64,000 bases of DNA from Armatimonadota bacterium. Its GTDB lineage: Bacteria; Sysuimicrobiota; Sysuimicrobiia; Sysuimicrobiales; Humicultoraceae. The position numbers and the translations under genes are program-made. Numbering within the stretch: the first letter of the stretch is position 1; each line of letters opens with the position of its first letter. Of this stretch, positions 1-14,597 are shown piece by piece. The stretch lies in assembly GCA_037443365.1 (NCBI GenBank), contig JBBIOM010000001.1, positions 65,693-129,692 of the forward strand, given 5' to 3'. A model generated the notes under the pieces. That model saw nothing but the letters and a program-made list of their open reading frames with translations, did no database searches and was not told where the DNA came from.

Positions 1-360
1 CCACCTCAACCGCCACCCAGGTAAGCGGCACCGCCCAGAGCGTGGCTCCGGGCCTCCCCCGGGCAAGGAAGGACACGCCGGACGCGAAGCCGCCCACGTA
101 CAGGGCGAGGGTGGCCGTAAGCAGGCCCCAGGCCGGCAGTCCGAAGATCCTGATCCACTCAAGCAGGATACCGAAACCGAGCGCCCCTGCCAGGTAGCCG
201 TACTTGAAGGACTGCCCAGGAGACAGGTCGCCGACAGCCAGCAATAGCGGCACGAGCGCGAACCAGGCCAGCCACGTCAGGTCCGGGGCCGGGAATGCGA
301 GGGCGAACAGCAGACCGCTGGCCAGGGCGCCGCCAACCCGGAGATACCTCCCCGGGGTCT

Positions 361-364
<4 letters not shown>
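1..364 (-). CDS. lnt: Apolipoprotein N-acyltransferase, N-terminal part (runs off the window)
   Basis: Manual translation from GTG at 364 (overlaps the secA stop, GTGA): [44 protein letters not shown]...LEWIRIFG...WVAVEV. This is the typical hydrophobic Lnt N-terminus. Not in the ORF track. Confidence 0.85.
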
Positions 365-3003
<2,639 letters not shown>

Positions 3004-3058
3004 AACGCACCTCGCGGGCCGGGGCCCCGTTGCCCCGGCCAGGCGGCAACCACGGTTG

Positions 3059-3067
3059 ATTCTATCA
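3059..3067 (-). promoter_or_regulatory. Extended -10 promoter element upstream of secA
   Basis: Minus strand TGaTAGAAT, about 55 nt before the secA ATG. No clear -35. Confidence 0.5.
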
Positions 3068-3092
3068 GACTGGGCGGGGAGCGCGCCGCACG

Positions 3093-3746
3093 CTAGCGGT
3101 TGGCTGCCAGCCAGGAGATGGGACGGTTGACCGCTGACAGCGCCGCCCGCACCACCGCCTCACGGGGATCGTCGCGCACGACCGATGCCCCGGCCAGGGT
3201 CTCCTGGTCGGCACCAGCCAGGGTGACGGTGACTACGGCCACCTCGTGCTCGCCGACGGAGTGCAGCGCGGCGCCCTCGAGAACGAGCATTCCCTGGGCC
3301 CGCAGGAACACCTCGATCGCTCGCAGCGTCGCCTGCGCCACGAGGCCCAGCCGGTGGCGCGAGACGTTGGGGCCTGCCGCGGTTCCCTCATAGAGCATCC
3401 CGCGGTCCTCGAGGTGCACCCGGACCTCCGCGCAGTCTCGAATAGCGCTCTGCGAGAGGCCCACGAAACGGAGCCGGGCCTGCGGCACGGCCGAGGCGGC
3501 TTCCTCCGGCCGCATCGCGGCCACACGCACCTGACGCGGTTCGAGCGCCGCACCCATCTCTGCCGCCAGGGCGGAGACGACGTCCAGCGCAATCAGCTTG
3601 GGGCTGCGGTCGGCCTGTCCGAGCACGTGAATCACGTCGATCCGGCCCTCGGGCGTCGGCACCACCCTCGCCGCGACGACCCCCCGCAGACGGCGGACGA
3701 TCTCCTCCGCCTGATCCGCTTCGGTTCGACCGAGTTCGCGAGCCAT
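3093..3746 (-). CDS. Conserved hypothetical cytoplasmic protein
   Basis: 217-aa ORF with a GGAGG RBS, co-oriented between hpf and secA. No function recognised. Confidence 0.75.
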   Translation of the reverse strand: MARELGRTEADQAEEIVRRLRGVVAARVVPTPEGRIDVIHVLGQADRSPKLIALDVVSALAAEMGAALEPRQVRVAAMRPEEAASAVPQARLRFVGLSQSAIRDCAEVRVHLEDRGMLYEGTAAGPNVSRHRLGLVAQATLRAIEVFLRAQGMLVLEGAALHSVGEHEVAVVTVTLAGADQETLAGASVVRDDPREAVVRAALSAVNRPISWLAANR

Positions 3747-3787
3747 CGGGCACCTCCGGCTTCCGGCTGGTCGGGGACGAACCCCGG

Positions 3788-4384
3788 CTAGACCTCGGGC
3801 TCGATCAGCCCGTAGTCTCCGTCGCGGCGCTTGTAGAGCACGTTGATCTCCTGCGAACCGGCGTGACGGAAGACGAAGAACAGGTGCCCCAGCAACTCCA
3901 TCTGGAGCACTGCCTCATCAGGCGTCATGGGCTTCATCGCGAACCGCTTGACGCGCACGATCTGAGCCTGCGCGGGTGTATCCTCCTGCTGTGCGGCCAG
4001 GGTCTTCTCGGCGGCCTGCTCGGCGCGGCGCCGCCGGCGGGATTCGTCGAGTCTGCGCTTCTCGATTATCCGGCTGCGGTACTTCTCGATCTGCCGCTCC
4101 AGCTTGTCCACGGCGCCGTCGATCGAGGTGTACATATCCTGAGAGGTCTCCTCGGCGCGAAGCACAAGCCCGTCACACCATACGGTCACCTCAACCCCCT
4201 GGGCGCGCCCCCTGGCGCTGTCGCGAGTGACGCTCAGCACGACCTGCGCGTCCTGCACGCGATCGAAGCTGCGGGAGAGCTTGGCGAGCTTGCCCTCAAC
4301 GTACGCGCGAAGAGCCTCCGTCACCGTCATGCGCTTGCCCTGAACGCGGACCGGGATCTTCCCGGTCCGCCTGCGTCCGGCCAT
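3788..4384 (-). CDS. hpf: Ribosome hibernation promoting factor (long HPF)
   Basis: [20 protein letters not shown] plus the C-terminal [27 protein letters not shown]...[12 protein letters not shown] domain. Start moved to ATG 4384 after AGGAGG. Confidence 0.96.
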   Translation of the reverse strand: MAGRRRTGKIPVRVQGKRMTVTEALRAYVEGKLAKLSRSFDRVQDAQVVLSVTRDSARGRAQGVEVTVWCDGLVLRAEETSQDMYTSIDGAVDKLERQIEKYRSRIIEKRRLDESRRRRRAEQAAEKTLAAQQEDTPAQAQIVRVKRFAMKPMTPDEAVLQMELLGHLFFVFRHAGSQEINVLYKRRDGDYGLIEPEV

Positions 4385-4455
4385 TACGTTCCTCCTGTCT
4401 TGCCTCCCCGCGATTCCCGATGCTTCTTCGACGGTGCCGCCACGACCTCCCGCCC

Positions 4456-6408
4456 CTATCGGAACAACGGGGCAAAGATCAGGGCGACCACGGTCATCAA
4501 CTTGATCAGGATGTTCAAGGCCGGTCCCGCGGTGTCCTTGAACGGATCGCCCACCGTATCGCCGATGACGGCGGCCTTGTGTGGATCGCCGCCCTTGCCG
4601 CCGTGATGCCCGGCCTCGATGTGCTTCTTGGCGTTGTCCCACGCACCGCCCGAGTTGGCCAGGTAGAGCGCGAGAGGCACACCCGCCACGATGGCTCCCC
4701 CCAGCAGGCCGCCCAGGGCCCCCTTGCCCATCAACACGCCCACCGCGATCGGGATCAGGACCGCCAGCAGCCCCGGCACGACCATCTCACGGAGCGCGCC
4801 CTGCGTGGCGATGTCCACGCACCGGGCGTAGTCGGGCTGCGCCGTCCCCTCCATCAGGCCGGCGATGCCGCGGAACTGACGGCGGACCTCGCCCACCATG
4901 GTCTGGGCGGTGCGGCCCACGGCCCGCATCGCCAGTGCCGCGAACAGGAACGGAACCATGCCGCCGAGCAGCAGGCCTGCCAGCACTTCCGGGTCCATCA
5001 GATCGATAGTTTGTATGCCCACCGCCTGACGGTAGAAGAAGAACAGCGCCAGGGCAGTGAGGGCGGCGGAGCCGATGGCGAATCCCTTGGCGATGGCCGC
5101 CGTGGTGTTCCCCGCCGCGTCGAGCGAGTCGGCGACCTGCCGGACCTGCGGCCCCAGGTGGCTCATCTCGGCGATCCCGGCGGAGTTGTCGGCGATCGGC
5201 CCATACGCGTCCACCGAGACGGTCATGCCGGTGATCGACAACATGCCGACAGCCGCCAGCGCAATGCCGTAGAAGCCGCCGATCTGGTAGGCGAGTAGCG
5301 TTGACAGCGAGATCACCACCATCGGCAGGGCCACGCTCAGCATGCCCTGCGCCGTTCCCTCGATGATCACCGGCGCTGGCCCCGAGACGGCCGACGCCGC
5401 GAGTCTCCTGACCTCTCGCCCCGAGGTGAAGTACTCGGCCACCTGTCCTATCACCACGCCCGCGGCTAGCCCCAGCACGACGGTCCAGAAGTGCCGCAGG
5501 TCCTGCAGCGTCGCCTGGACGATGAGAAACGTGGCTACGGCCATGATCGCGGCGCTGGCCAGCGTGCCGCGACGCAGGGCTCGCTGCGCATCGCCCCCGC
5601 GCACGAAGAACGTGCCCGCGATGGAAGCCGCTATGCCCCCGCCGGCCAGGAGCACCGCCGCCGTGGCCCCTGGTTCCCTCAACTGTGCGAACCCGATGGC
5701 TACAGCCGCGATGACGGTGCCGACGTACGACTCGAACAGGTCGGCGCCCATGCCGGCTACATCCCCAACGTTGTCGCCCACGGCGTCTGCGATTACGGCG
5801 GGATTGCGCGGGTCATCCTCCGGAATCCCAGCCTCGATCTTGCCGACCAGGTCCGCGCCCACGTCGGCGCCCTTGGTGTATATGCCGCCTCCAACGCGGG
5901 CGAACAGGGCGACGGACGACGCACCGAGCGAGAAGCCGATCACCTGGTTGGCGTCGCGAAACAGCAGGTAGAGAGTGCCTACACCCAGCAGCCCCAACCC
6001 TACCACGGTCATTCCCATCACGGCCCCGCCGGGAAACGCCACCGCAAGCGCGGGGGCCAATCCCTGCCTGGCCGCCTGGGCGGTGCGGGTGTTGGCCCGC
6101 GTGGCCACGTGCATTCCAACGAACCCGGCCGAGACCGAGCAGCCGGCCCCCAGCAGGAAGGCGACCGCGGTGCGGAGCGCAAGACCCTGCACAAGGCCTG
6201 ACGCGAGAACCAGGAAGAGCAACGCCGCGAAGACGGCGATGGCCCGGTACTCCCGCGCCAGGAACGCCATGGCCCCCTTGCGGATTGCGCCGGAGATCGC
6301 CTGCATCTCGGGCGTGCCCGGGTCCCGCGCGTTCACGCGGCGGGCCAGCACCGCGGCATAGACCAGCGCCACCAACCCTGCTATAGGTCCCCACCACAGC
6401 AGTTCCAT
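4456..6408 (-). CDS. hppA: Membrane-bound cation-translocating pyrophosphatase, K+-dependent signature (Na+- or H+-PPase)
   Basis: [63 protein letters not shown] (Ala, not Lys) is the K+-dependent signature. Confidence 0.97.
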   Translation of the reverse strand: MELLWWGPIAGLVALVYAAVLARRVNARDPGTPEMQAISGAIRKGAMAFLAREYRAIAVFAALLFLVLASGLVQGLALRTAVAFLLGAGCSVSAGFVGMHVATRANTRTAQAARQGLAPALAVAFPGGAVMGMTVVGLGLLGVGTLYLLFRDANQVIGFSLGASSVALFARVGGGIYTKGADVGADLVGKIEAGIPEDDPRNPAVIADAVGDNVGDVAGMGADLFESYVGTVIAAVAIGFAQLREPGATAAVLLAGGGIAASIAGTFFVRGGDAQRALRRGTLASAAIMAVATFLIVQATLQDLRHFWTVVLGLAAGVVIGQVAEYFTSGREVRRLAASAVSGPAPVIIEGTAQGMLSVALPMVVISLSTLLAYQIGGFYGIALAAVGMLSITGMTVSVDAYGPIADNSAGIAEMSHLGPQVRQVADSLDAAGNTTAAIAKGFAIGSAALTALALFFFYRQAVGIQTIDLMDPEVLAGLLLGGMVPFLFAALAMRAVGRTAQTMVGEVRRQFRGIAGLMEGTAQPDYARCVDIATQGALREMVVPGLLAVLIPIAVGVLMGKGALGGLLGGAIVAGVPLALYLANSGGAWDNAKKHIEAGHHGGKGGDPHKAAVIGDTVGDPFKDTAGPALNILIKLMTVVALIFAPLFR

Positions 6409-6453
6409 GTCGGCCTCCCCTGGTCAGCGAGCACCCGTACTGAATGCGCAGCG

Positions 6454-7518
6454 CTAGCCGCTGTCACTCCCACCTACCATGAACAGCCCGGCAAAGGCTC
6501 GAATCGCGTATCTGTCGGTCATTCCGGCCACGAAGTCGCAGGCTGCCCTCTGGGGGGATTCCGCGGATCCCGACCGCAGCGGATCGCCGGGTATCTCCTG
6601 TGGATGCGCCAGGTAGTGGTCGAACAGGAACCGCAGCATGCGCTGCCCCCGCGCCGCCTCGGTCTGCATCGAGGGGCAGAGGTAGACCCGCTCCGCCAGG
6701 AAGTCCTTGAGGGCGTTGAGGGCTTCACGCACAGGGACCGAAGGGCCCACCGCGTCCGTATCCGAAGCCACCGACACGATGTCGCACACGATGGTGTCCA
6801 GCCACCGCGACCGGGGCTCGCCCAGCACCGTTGTGATCTCAACAGGGATGTCGGACTCGAGTATCATGCCCGCGCGCACGGCGTCGTCGGTGTCGTGGTG
6901 CAGGTAGGCAACGCGATCGGCGGCCCTGACGAGCCGGCCTTCCAGCGTGAACGGACCCCCGGCCTCCTCTGCCTCGGCCTCGAGGTCGCGCAGTCCCTTG
7001 GAGTGGCACGTGATCCCGTCGCGCACCTCCCGGGTCAGGTTCAAGCCGACGGCGGTAGAGCCATCGGCCCTCCTGCGTGTCTCGAGATGGTCCACGATGC
7101 GAAGGCTCTGCAAGTCGTGGCGAAACCCGCCCCAGTGTGCCATCGCCTCGTCGAGCGCCGCCTCACCGGCGTGCCCAAACGGGGGATGCCCCAGGTCGTG
7201 CGCCAGCGCGATCGCCTCTGTCAGATCCTCGTTCAGCCGAAGGGCTCGCGCGATTGTGCGCGCGATCTGCGCCACCTCTAGCGTGTGCGTAAGCCGCGTA
7301 CGGTAGTGATCGCCCTCGGGCGCGAGGAAGACCTGCGTCTTGTGCATGAGGCGCCGGAAGGCCTTGGAGTGCACTATCCGGTCGCGATCCCTCTGGAAGG
7401 CGGTTCGCAGCGGATCGTCTGGCTCGGGCTCGGCCCGTCCGCGCGAATCGGCGGAGCGGGAGGCCCGCGGCGCAAGCGCCGCGGCCTCCCACCTCTCGGA
7501 GTCCTCGCGCCGGTTCAC
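6454..7518 (-). CDS. dgt: Deoxyguanosinetriphosphate triphosphohydrolase-like HD protein
   Basis: FQRDRDRIVHSKAFRRL, RTRLTHTLEV, HDLGHPPFGHAGE, DFVAGMTDRYA. Confidence 0.95.
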   Translation of the reverse strand: MNRREDSERWEAAALAPRASRSADSRGRAEPEPDDPLRTAFQRDRDRIVHSKAFRRLMHKTQVFLAPEGDHYRTRLTHTLEVAQIARTIARALRLNEDLTEAIALAHDLGHPPFGHAGEAALDEAMAHWGGFRHDLQSLRIVDHLETRRRADGSTAVGLNLTREVRDGITCHSKGLRDLEAEAEEAGGPFTLEGRLVRAADRVAYLHHDTDDAVRAGMILESDIPVEITTVLGEPRSRWLDTIVCDIVSVASDTDAVGPSVPVREALNALKDFLAERVYLCPSMQTEAARGQRMLRFLFDHYLAHPQEIPGDPLRSGSAESPQRAACDFVAGMTDRYAIRAFAGLFMVGGSDSG

Positions 7519-7522
7519 GCGC

Positions 7523-10417
7523 CTAGACGTCCCGGGCGGCCTTCACCCGCTCCCGGAGGGCCGCCTGCGCAGCAGCCAGGCGGGCGACGGGCACCCGGTA
7601 CGGCGAGCAGCTCACGTAGTTGAGCCCCAGCGAGTGGCAGAACTCTACCGACTCGGGATCCCCACCGTGCTCGCCGCAGATGCCTATCTCCAGGCCGGGA
7701 CGCTGGGCGCGCCCCCCTGATACCGCCAGCCGCATGGCCTCACCGACACCCTTGCGGTCGATCGTCTGGAACGGGTTCTTGGGCAGGATCCCCTTCTCGA
7801 CGTACTGCAGCAGGAACTTGCCCTCCGCGTCATCGCGGGAGATGCCAAAGACGGTCTGCGTGAGATCGTTCGTGCCAAACGAGAAGAACTCGGCTTGCTG
7901 CGCTATCTCGCCGGCCGCGAAGCAGGCACGCGGCAGCTCTATCATGGTGCCAAACTTGTAGGCGACCTCAACCTCCTCGCGCTCGAGCACGGCGCGAACG
8001 ACCGCCACCAGCTCGCGGTGCGTCTCGCGCAACTCGTTGACGTGGCTGACAAGAGGGATCATGATCTCTGGCATCGCCACGATGCCCCGCTTCGTTACGC
8101 GACAGGCCGCCTCCATTATCGCCCTGACCTGCATCGCGATGATCTCGGGGTAGGCGAGCCCCAGCCGGATTCCGCGAAGGCCCAGCATCGGATTGGCCTC
8201 GCGCATCGCGCCGACGGCGCGAAGCGCCGCCTCCCTGCGACGCAACCGTGCACGCAGCGACGCCAGTGAGGGCTGGCCCTTCCGGGGCCGCCACCGGGGC
8301 ACACCCTCCAGCGCTTCCACCCGGGCGCGCAGCGCGCTTACCTCTTCCAGCAGTGAATCGTGCGATGGCAGGAACTCGTGCAGGGGCGGGTCGATGAGGC
8401 GGATGATGACGGGCAGGCCGTCCATCGCCCTGAACAGCCCCTCGAAATCCCGGCGCTGGAGCCCAAGGAGGGTGGATAGCGCGCCCTGGTACAGGCGCAC
8501 CGCCCGGGAGGACCGCATCGTCCGCCGCGCCGCCAGAAGCTCGGACGCGAGCTTCTTGTCATCGGGCCGTTCGGCGGCCGCGCGCTCCGCTGCCCGGCAC
8601 CTGCTGATTGCGGCCTGGGCTTCCCCGGCGTTGAGGATCATCTGGCGCACGGCCGGCAGGCGGTCCTCCTCGAAGAACATGTGCTCGGTCCGGCACAAAC
8701 CGATCCCCTCGGCCCCGAAGCCGCGTGCGCGGACCGCGTCGCGCGGGTAGTCCGCGTTCGCCCACACGCCCAGGCGACGCTCGGCATCGGCCCACGAAAG
8801 CAACTCCATGAGATCTACCTGCTCCTCGAGCCTGGGCTCGATCGCCGGCAGCTCGCCCGAGAACACCTCCCCGGTGCCGCCGTCAATCGAGATGTGCTCG
8901 CCCTGCCGGATCGTGCGCCCGTTCGCCAGGAGCCGGCGGCCCTCCACGTCGACGCGTATCGCCTCGCAACCAGCAACGCAGGGCAGGCCGAGTCCGCGCG
9001 CCACGACCGCGGCATGGCTTGTGGCACCGCCGCGGCTCGTCAGTATCCCCTTGGCGCTGAGCATTCCGTGCACGTCGTCGGGGTTGGTCTCCGGCCTGAC
9101 AAGGATGACCGGCCTGCCGGCCTTGCCCCACTCCTCGGCGGTGTCGGCGTCGAAGACAGCCAGGCCCACGGCCGCCCCAGGAGACGCGTTGAGTCCGCGG
9201 GCCAGGAAGCGTCCGGCCGCGGCCGCCGCCTCCTTCGCGCGCGCGTCGAACCGGGGGTGGAGCAGCATATCGATCTGTCCTGGCTCGACGCGCAGCAGCG
9301 CCTCGCCCTTCGAGATCAGTCCTTCGCGCGCCATGTCCACGGCGACCTTGACCGCGGCCTGCGCGGTCCGCTTACCGGTCCGCGTCTGCAGCATCCAGAG
9401 CCGGCCCCGCTCGATCGTGAACTCCAGGTCCTGCACGTCGCGGTAGTGCCGCTCGAGCATCTCGCAGACGCCAATGAACTCCTCGTAGGCCTTCGGGATG
9501 TCGCGAGCCAGCTCGTGAATCGGCTTGGGATTGCGTATTCCCGCGACCACGTCCTCGCCCTGCGCGTTCATCAGGTACTCACCGAACACTGCGCGCTCAC
9601 CGGTCGCGGGGTTGCGGGTGAAGGCCACACCGGTCCCCGAGTCCGATCCCATGTTTCCGAAGACCATGACCTGCACGTTCACTGCAGTGCCCAGGTCGTG
9701 CGAGATCCCGTGGAAGTTGCGGTAGTCAACCGCCCGCTTACCCTGCCATGAATCGAACACGGCCTGGATCGCCATCCGGAGCTGCCTGCGCGGATCCTGG
9801 GGAAACTCGATCCCCCGCTCGGACTGGATGAGCCGGCGGAAGGCCTCCGCTATGCCGCGCAGGTCGTCCGCGTCCAGGTCGGTGTCCTGGGCGACGCGCC
9901 GCCGCGCCTTGGCGCGCTGGATTATGTGCTCGAACTGCTCCCCGGGTATGCCCAGGACGGTCTTCCCAAACATCTGGACGAGCCGGCGGTACGCATCACG
10001 CGCGAAGCGCTCGTTGCCCGTCTGCCGGGCCAGGCCGACGATGGTCTTGTCGTTCAGCCCCAGGTTGAGCACCGTGTCCATCATCCCGGGCATGCTGAAG
10101 ACGGCCCCCGACCGCACCGAGACGAGCAGCGGGTTGGAGGGGTCACCGAAGCGCTTGCCCACCTTCTCCTCGATGACGCGCATCCGAGCCTCCACCTCGT
10201 CGAACAACCCGGCGGGTATCTTGCGTCCAGCGCGCATGTACTCCACGCAGGCGCCCGTGTTGATCGTAAACCCGGGCGGGACCGGCAGGCCCACACGGCA
10301 CATCTCTGCCAACCCCGCGCCCTTGCCGCCCAGCAGTTCGCGCTTCGACGCATCGCCCTCCTCGAAGAGATGCGTCCACCGCAACCCGCTGGCCGCGTCC
10401 TTCCCTGCACCCGCCAT
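7523..10417 (-). CDS. ppdK: Pyruvate, phosphate dikinase (964 aa, with insertions)
   Basis: LLGGKGAGL, SMPGMMDTVLNLG, phospho-His motif GGATSHAAVVAR, GLCRTEHMF, FSFGTNDLTQ, GICGEHGGDP. Confidence 0.98.
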   Translation of the reverse strand: MAGAGKDAASGLRWTHLFEEGDASKRELLGGKGAGLAEMCRVGLPVPPGFTINTGACVEYMRAGRKIPAGLFDEVEARMRVIEEKVGKRFGDPSNPLLVSVRSGAVFSMPGMMDTVLNLGLNDKTIVGLARQTGNERFARDAYRRLVQMFGKTVLGIPGEQFEHIIQRAKARRRVAQDTDLDADDLRGIAEAFRRLIQSERGIEFPQDPRRQLRMAIQAVFDSWQGKRAVDYRNFHGISHDLGTAVNVQVMVFGNMGSDSGTGVAFTRNPATGERAVFGEYLMNAQGEDVVAGIRNPKPIHELARDIPKAYEEFIGVCEMLERHYRDVQDLEFTIERGRLWMLQTRTGKRTAQAAVKVAVDMAREGLISKGEALLRVEPGQIDMLLHPRFDARAKEAAAAAGRFLARGLNASPGAAVGLAVFDADTAEEWGKAGRPVILVRPETNPDDVHGMLSAKGILTSRGGATSHAAVVARGLGLPCVAGCEAIRVDVEGRRLLANGRTIRQGEHISIDGGTGEVFSGELPAIEPRLEEQVDLMELLSWADAERRLGVWANADYPRDAVRARGFGAEGIGLCRTEHMFFEEDRLPAVRQMILNAGEAQAAISRCRAAERAAAERPDDKKLASELLAARRTMRSSRAVRLYQGALSTLLGLQRRDFEGLFRAMDGLPVIIRLIDPPLHEFLPSHDSLLEEVSALRARVEALEGVPRWRPRKGQPSLASLRARLRRREAALRAVGAMREANPMLGLRGIRLGLAYPEIIAMQVRAIMEAACRVTKRGIVAMPEIMIPLVSHVNELRETHRELVAVVRAVLEREEVEVAYKFGTMIELPRACFAAGEIAQQAEFFSFGTNDLTQTVFGISRDDAEGKFLLQYVEKGILPKNPFQTIDRKGVGEAMRLAVSGGRAQRPGLEIGICGEHGGDPESVEFCHSLGLNYVSCSPYRVPVARLAAAQAALRERVKAARDV

Positions 10418-10433
10418 CCAACATCACTCCCCT

Positions 10434-12564
10434 CTAGATCACCAGCACGCCGAAGTCGGCGATCTTCCTGAAGCTTCCGGACACCCTCTCCAGCAGCGCC
10501 AGGCGGTTCTCGCGAAGCGCCGCATCCGGCGCGTTCACGAGTACCTTGTCGAAGAAGCCGTCTATTGGGCCTGCCAGGGTCGCGATCTCCGCCAGTGCCA
10601 GCGCGTACTGCCGCGACTGGGCGGCCGAGGTCAACCTGGGGTGGGCCCGCAGCCATGCCCCGTGTAGTTCCATCTCCGCCGGTTCCACCAGCAGCTCCTC
10701 GCGGAGGCCCCCTTGGGCTACATCGCGAGCCCCTTCGCCGATTGAGGTCCGGCCGGCCTGAACGAGGATGCGGTGAACCCTCAGGTAGCCCGTCACCAGG
10801 AGCGGCATCACGGGCTGCGCCCTAAGCTCGTGGAGTGCGCGTGCGCGAGCGACGAGATCAGGAACATCATCAGAGCCCACAGCGAGGGTGGCGTTGATCG
10901 TGTCGTACGCGAGCCCCTCCTCCGTCAGCATGCCGACAAGCCGCTGCTGTGCAATGCGAACACATGCCGCCGCGACACGTGCGCGGTCTCCATCCGGCGC
11001 GTCAAAAGTCATTGCCGCCTGGCCGAACAGCTCGCGCAGGGATATCGCCAGACCGTGTTCGCGCAGAACGGTCGCAATCCCAGATGCGGCCCGCCGTATG
11101 CCGTGGGGATCCTGCGATCCGCTGGGCTCAAGCCCGGCGTGCACGGCGCCCGCCATCAGCACGGCGCGGTCAGCCAGGGACAGCAGCGCGCCGGGAAGGC
11201 TGCGCGGCAGGTCTGCTCCTAAGCCCCGGGGGGCGTAGTGCTCCTCGATGGCGACGGCGACGGTCTCGGCCTCGCCCCTCTCCCTCGCATAGATCGCGCC
11301 GATCGCGCCCTGCAACTCCGGGAACTCCCTTACGAGAGAGGTCGTGAGGTCGGCCTTGCACAACCGCGCGGCCCGATCCAGCGCTCGGCCGTCGGAGTCC
11401 GAGATGCCGAGGGCGTCAGCCAGCCATCGTGCCAGGTGGCACACGCGACTCACGTGGTCGGCCACGGTCCCCAGCCCCTCGACGTGGGCTACACGGGTCA
11501 GGGCCTCGTTCCACTGGTCGAATCCGCTGCGACGGTCCTCCTCCAGGAAGAAGAGCGCGTCCTTGAGCCGCGCCCGCACGACCCACTCGTGGCCGGTACG
11601 CACCACATCGAGATGGGAAGTCCCGCCGTCCCGCACGGTCACGAACGCCGGCACAAGTGCGCCTGAGCCGTCCACGATGCCGAAGCACTTCTGGTGATGC
11701 TGCAGCGTCACCCGAACCACAATAGGAGGCAGGGCAGCCACAAGATCCGCCTCCAACCGGCCCAGCACCGGGGTCGGGTGCTCGGTGGACCACACGAGTT
11801 CTTCCAGGAGGGCCTCGTCCAGCACCGGCCGGCCGGCCACGGTCCCAGCCAGCGTGGTCGTACCCCCTGCGATGCGGGCGCGTCGCTCCTCGGCCGAGAG
11901 CAGAACCCGCGCCCGCCTCATGATGCCCTCGTAGTCGGCCGCCCTGGCGACGGCGGCCCTGCCGGGCGCCAGGAACCGGTGCCCGACGGTGCGCCGTCCT
12001 GCCCTCACACCCGCGATCTCCAAGGGAATGACACGCCCGTCGAGCAGCGCGACGATCCATCGAATGGGGCGGCCAAAGCGGAACCCGCCAGCGTTCCACC
12101 GCATCATCTTGGGAAACGTCAGCCCGGCCGCCAGGCGTGGCAACAGCTCTCTCAGAACCTCCGCGGCAGGGCGGCCGGTCTCCCGAACCTCGGCGACGAC
12201 GTACCTGCCGCCTTCGATCTCGCACGCCCGCAGCGACTCCACGGCGACTCCTTGCGACCGTGCGAATCCGTGCGCGGCAGCCGTCGGGCACCCATCCGCG
12301 TCGTAGGCGATCCTGGCCGCGGGGCCGCGCACCTGCGTTACGAGGTCGCGCTGCCGCGAACTCAAACCTTGGGCGGTCAGCACCAGCCTGCGCAGCGTGC
12401 CGGTGGTCGCCAGCCGCTCGGCATCCAGCCGCGCATCGCCCAGGACAGCCGTCGCATCGCGCAGCAGCTGCTCGAGCGCAGGGCGCACTGCCGCGGGCGG
12501 GAGCTCCTCGGTCCCGATCTCGAGGAGCAACCTGGGCGCAGAAGGACGCCTCGCGCCCGGCCGC

Positions 12565-12572
<8 letters not shown>
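10434..12572 (-). CDS. glyS: Glycine-tRNA ligase beta subunit
   Basis: [44 protein letters not shown]. Directly follows glyQ. Confidence 0.97.
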
Positions 12573-13464
<892 letters not shown>

Positions 13465-13530
13465 ATACAGAAGCAGAGCCCCGTCACGGCGACGGGAGCT
13501 CCGCGAACATGGCTGGCGGAATACCCGAGT

Positions 13531-13559
13531 ATTCTACCAACCGCGCCAGACGGGGTCAA
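13531..13559 (-). promoter_or_regulatory. Sigma70-type promoter for glyQ
   Basis: Minus strand TTGACC-17 nt-TAGAAT, with TG at the extended -10 position. Confidence 0.8.
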
Positions 13560-13564
13560 CGCGC

Positions 13565-13819
13565 CTAGCCGATCCCCAGCGGCTCTTCCTCGCGTGAGCA
13601 CCGCCTGATCGCGGGAACCGGAAGGGCGGAGACCACCGCGGCCGCTGCGAAGGCCACCAGCCCCGCAACCGCCCAGGACATCGGCAGTTCGATCACATCC
13701 GACTCCGTCTTGAGGCGCACAACGGACCCTGCCCCTGGCTGGATCACGCCGCGGGCTTCGGCCAGGGCGGCGCCCAGGTCTATGATCGCACGCCGCGCCC
13801 GGTCGAGATCAATGTCCAT
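13565..13819 (-). CDS. Small membrane protein, possibly a divergent DUF4342
   Basis: 84 aa with an AGAGGAGG RBS. VVRLKTESDVIELPMSWAVAGLVAFAAAA resembles DUF4342, which is found between recO and glyQ in Clostridia. Confidence 0.55.
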   Translation of the reverse strand: MDIDLDRARRAIIDLGAALAEARGVIQPGAGSVVRLKTESDVIELPMSWAVAGLVAFAAAAVVSALPVPAIRRCSREEEPLGIG

Positions 13820-13853
13820 GCGGGTACCTCCTCTCGATTCACAGCCACGCTGA

Positions 13854-14594
13854 CTATACCATAGAGAGCGCCCGGACGACCGCGGGAGACCTCAGGCGGG
13901 TCTCCCAGCACGCCTCGGCGTACGCGAACAGCAGGTCCGCCACAGCGGAGCGCACGCCGGGCGCGGGGGCCAGGCGGCGAACCGCGGACGGGGACGCGTC
14001 GAGCAGGAACCGCAGGAGGGCCTGCGCGGCCGGGGCGACTTGCACCGCATCGGGATCTCGGGAACAGCAACCGGCGTGCACACACCCGCCGAGGACGTTG
14101 CTCCACCGGCCCTCACCGCGCACGCGCAGCCCGCACACCGGGCAGTGACCCACCACGGGGCGATGTCCTGTCAGAACCAGCAGCCGGGCGGCAAACCACA
14201 GACCAGCGCAAGCGCAGCCGGCCCCCAGCAGGCTCAGGGCGTCGCGCAGGAGCGCGTAGACATCGGGGTGTGGATGCCGATCAGCCAGCGCCCGGTCGGC
14301 CATCTCCAGCATGACGTGGGCCGGGCCCATGCGTTCGATCTCCCTCCGGAGTCTCGCGTGCGCGTCGAGCACCTCCACCTGAGAGACCACATCGAGCGTA
14401 CGGCCCTCCGCCACCAGGGCGCGAAATCTCGTTGGGGGCTCCAGGCGACCGCCCAAACGGCTGCGGGGGCGCCGCGCGCCCCTGGCCGCGAGGACGATCT
14501 TGCCCCTATCGCGCGAAAGCACCGTGACCAGCCTGTCCGCCTCTCCCAAGTTGCGGCGGCGCAGTACGACGGCCTCGATCTTGTAGAGCCCCAT
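13854..14594 (-). CDS. recO: DNA repair protein RecO
   Basis: EAVVLRRRNLGEADRLVTVLSRDRGKI, ARGARRPRSRLGGRLE, Zn motif CPVC. Sits next to glyQ. Confidence 0.95.
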   Translation of the reverse strand: MGLYKIEAVVLRRRNLGEADRLVTVLSRDRGKIVLAARGARRPRSRLGGRLEPPTRFRALVAEGRTLDVVSQVEVLDAHARLRREIERMGPAHVMLEMADRALADRHPHPDVYALLRDALSLLGAGCACAGLWFAARLLVLTGHRPVVGHCPVCGLRVRGEGRWSNVLGGCVHAGCCSRDPDAVQVAPAAQALLRFLLDASPSAVRRLAPAPGVRSAVADLLFAYAEACWETRLRSPAVVRALSMV

Positions 14595-14597
14595 TGC

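Noticed and set aside
13465-13560. Gly T-box upstream of glyQ
   Set aside because: The leader is only about 65 nt, with no GGTGGNACC motif or stem I.
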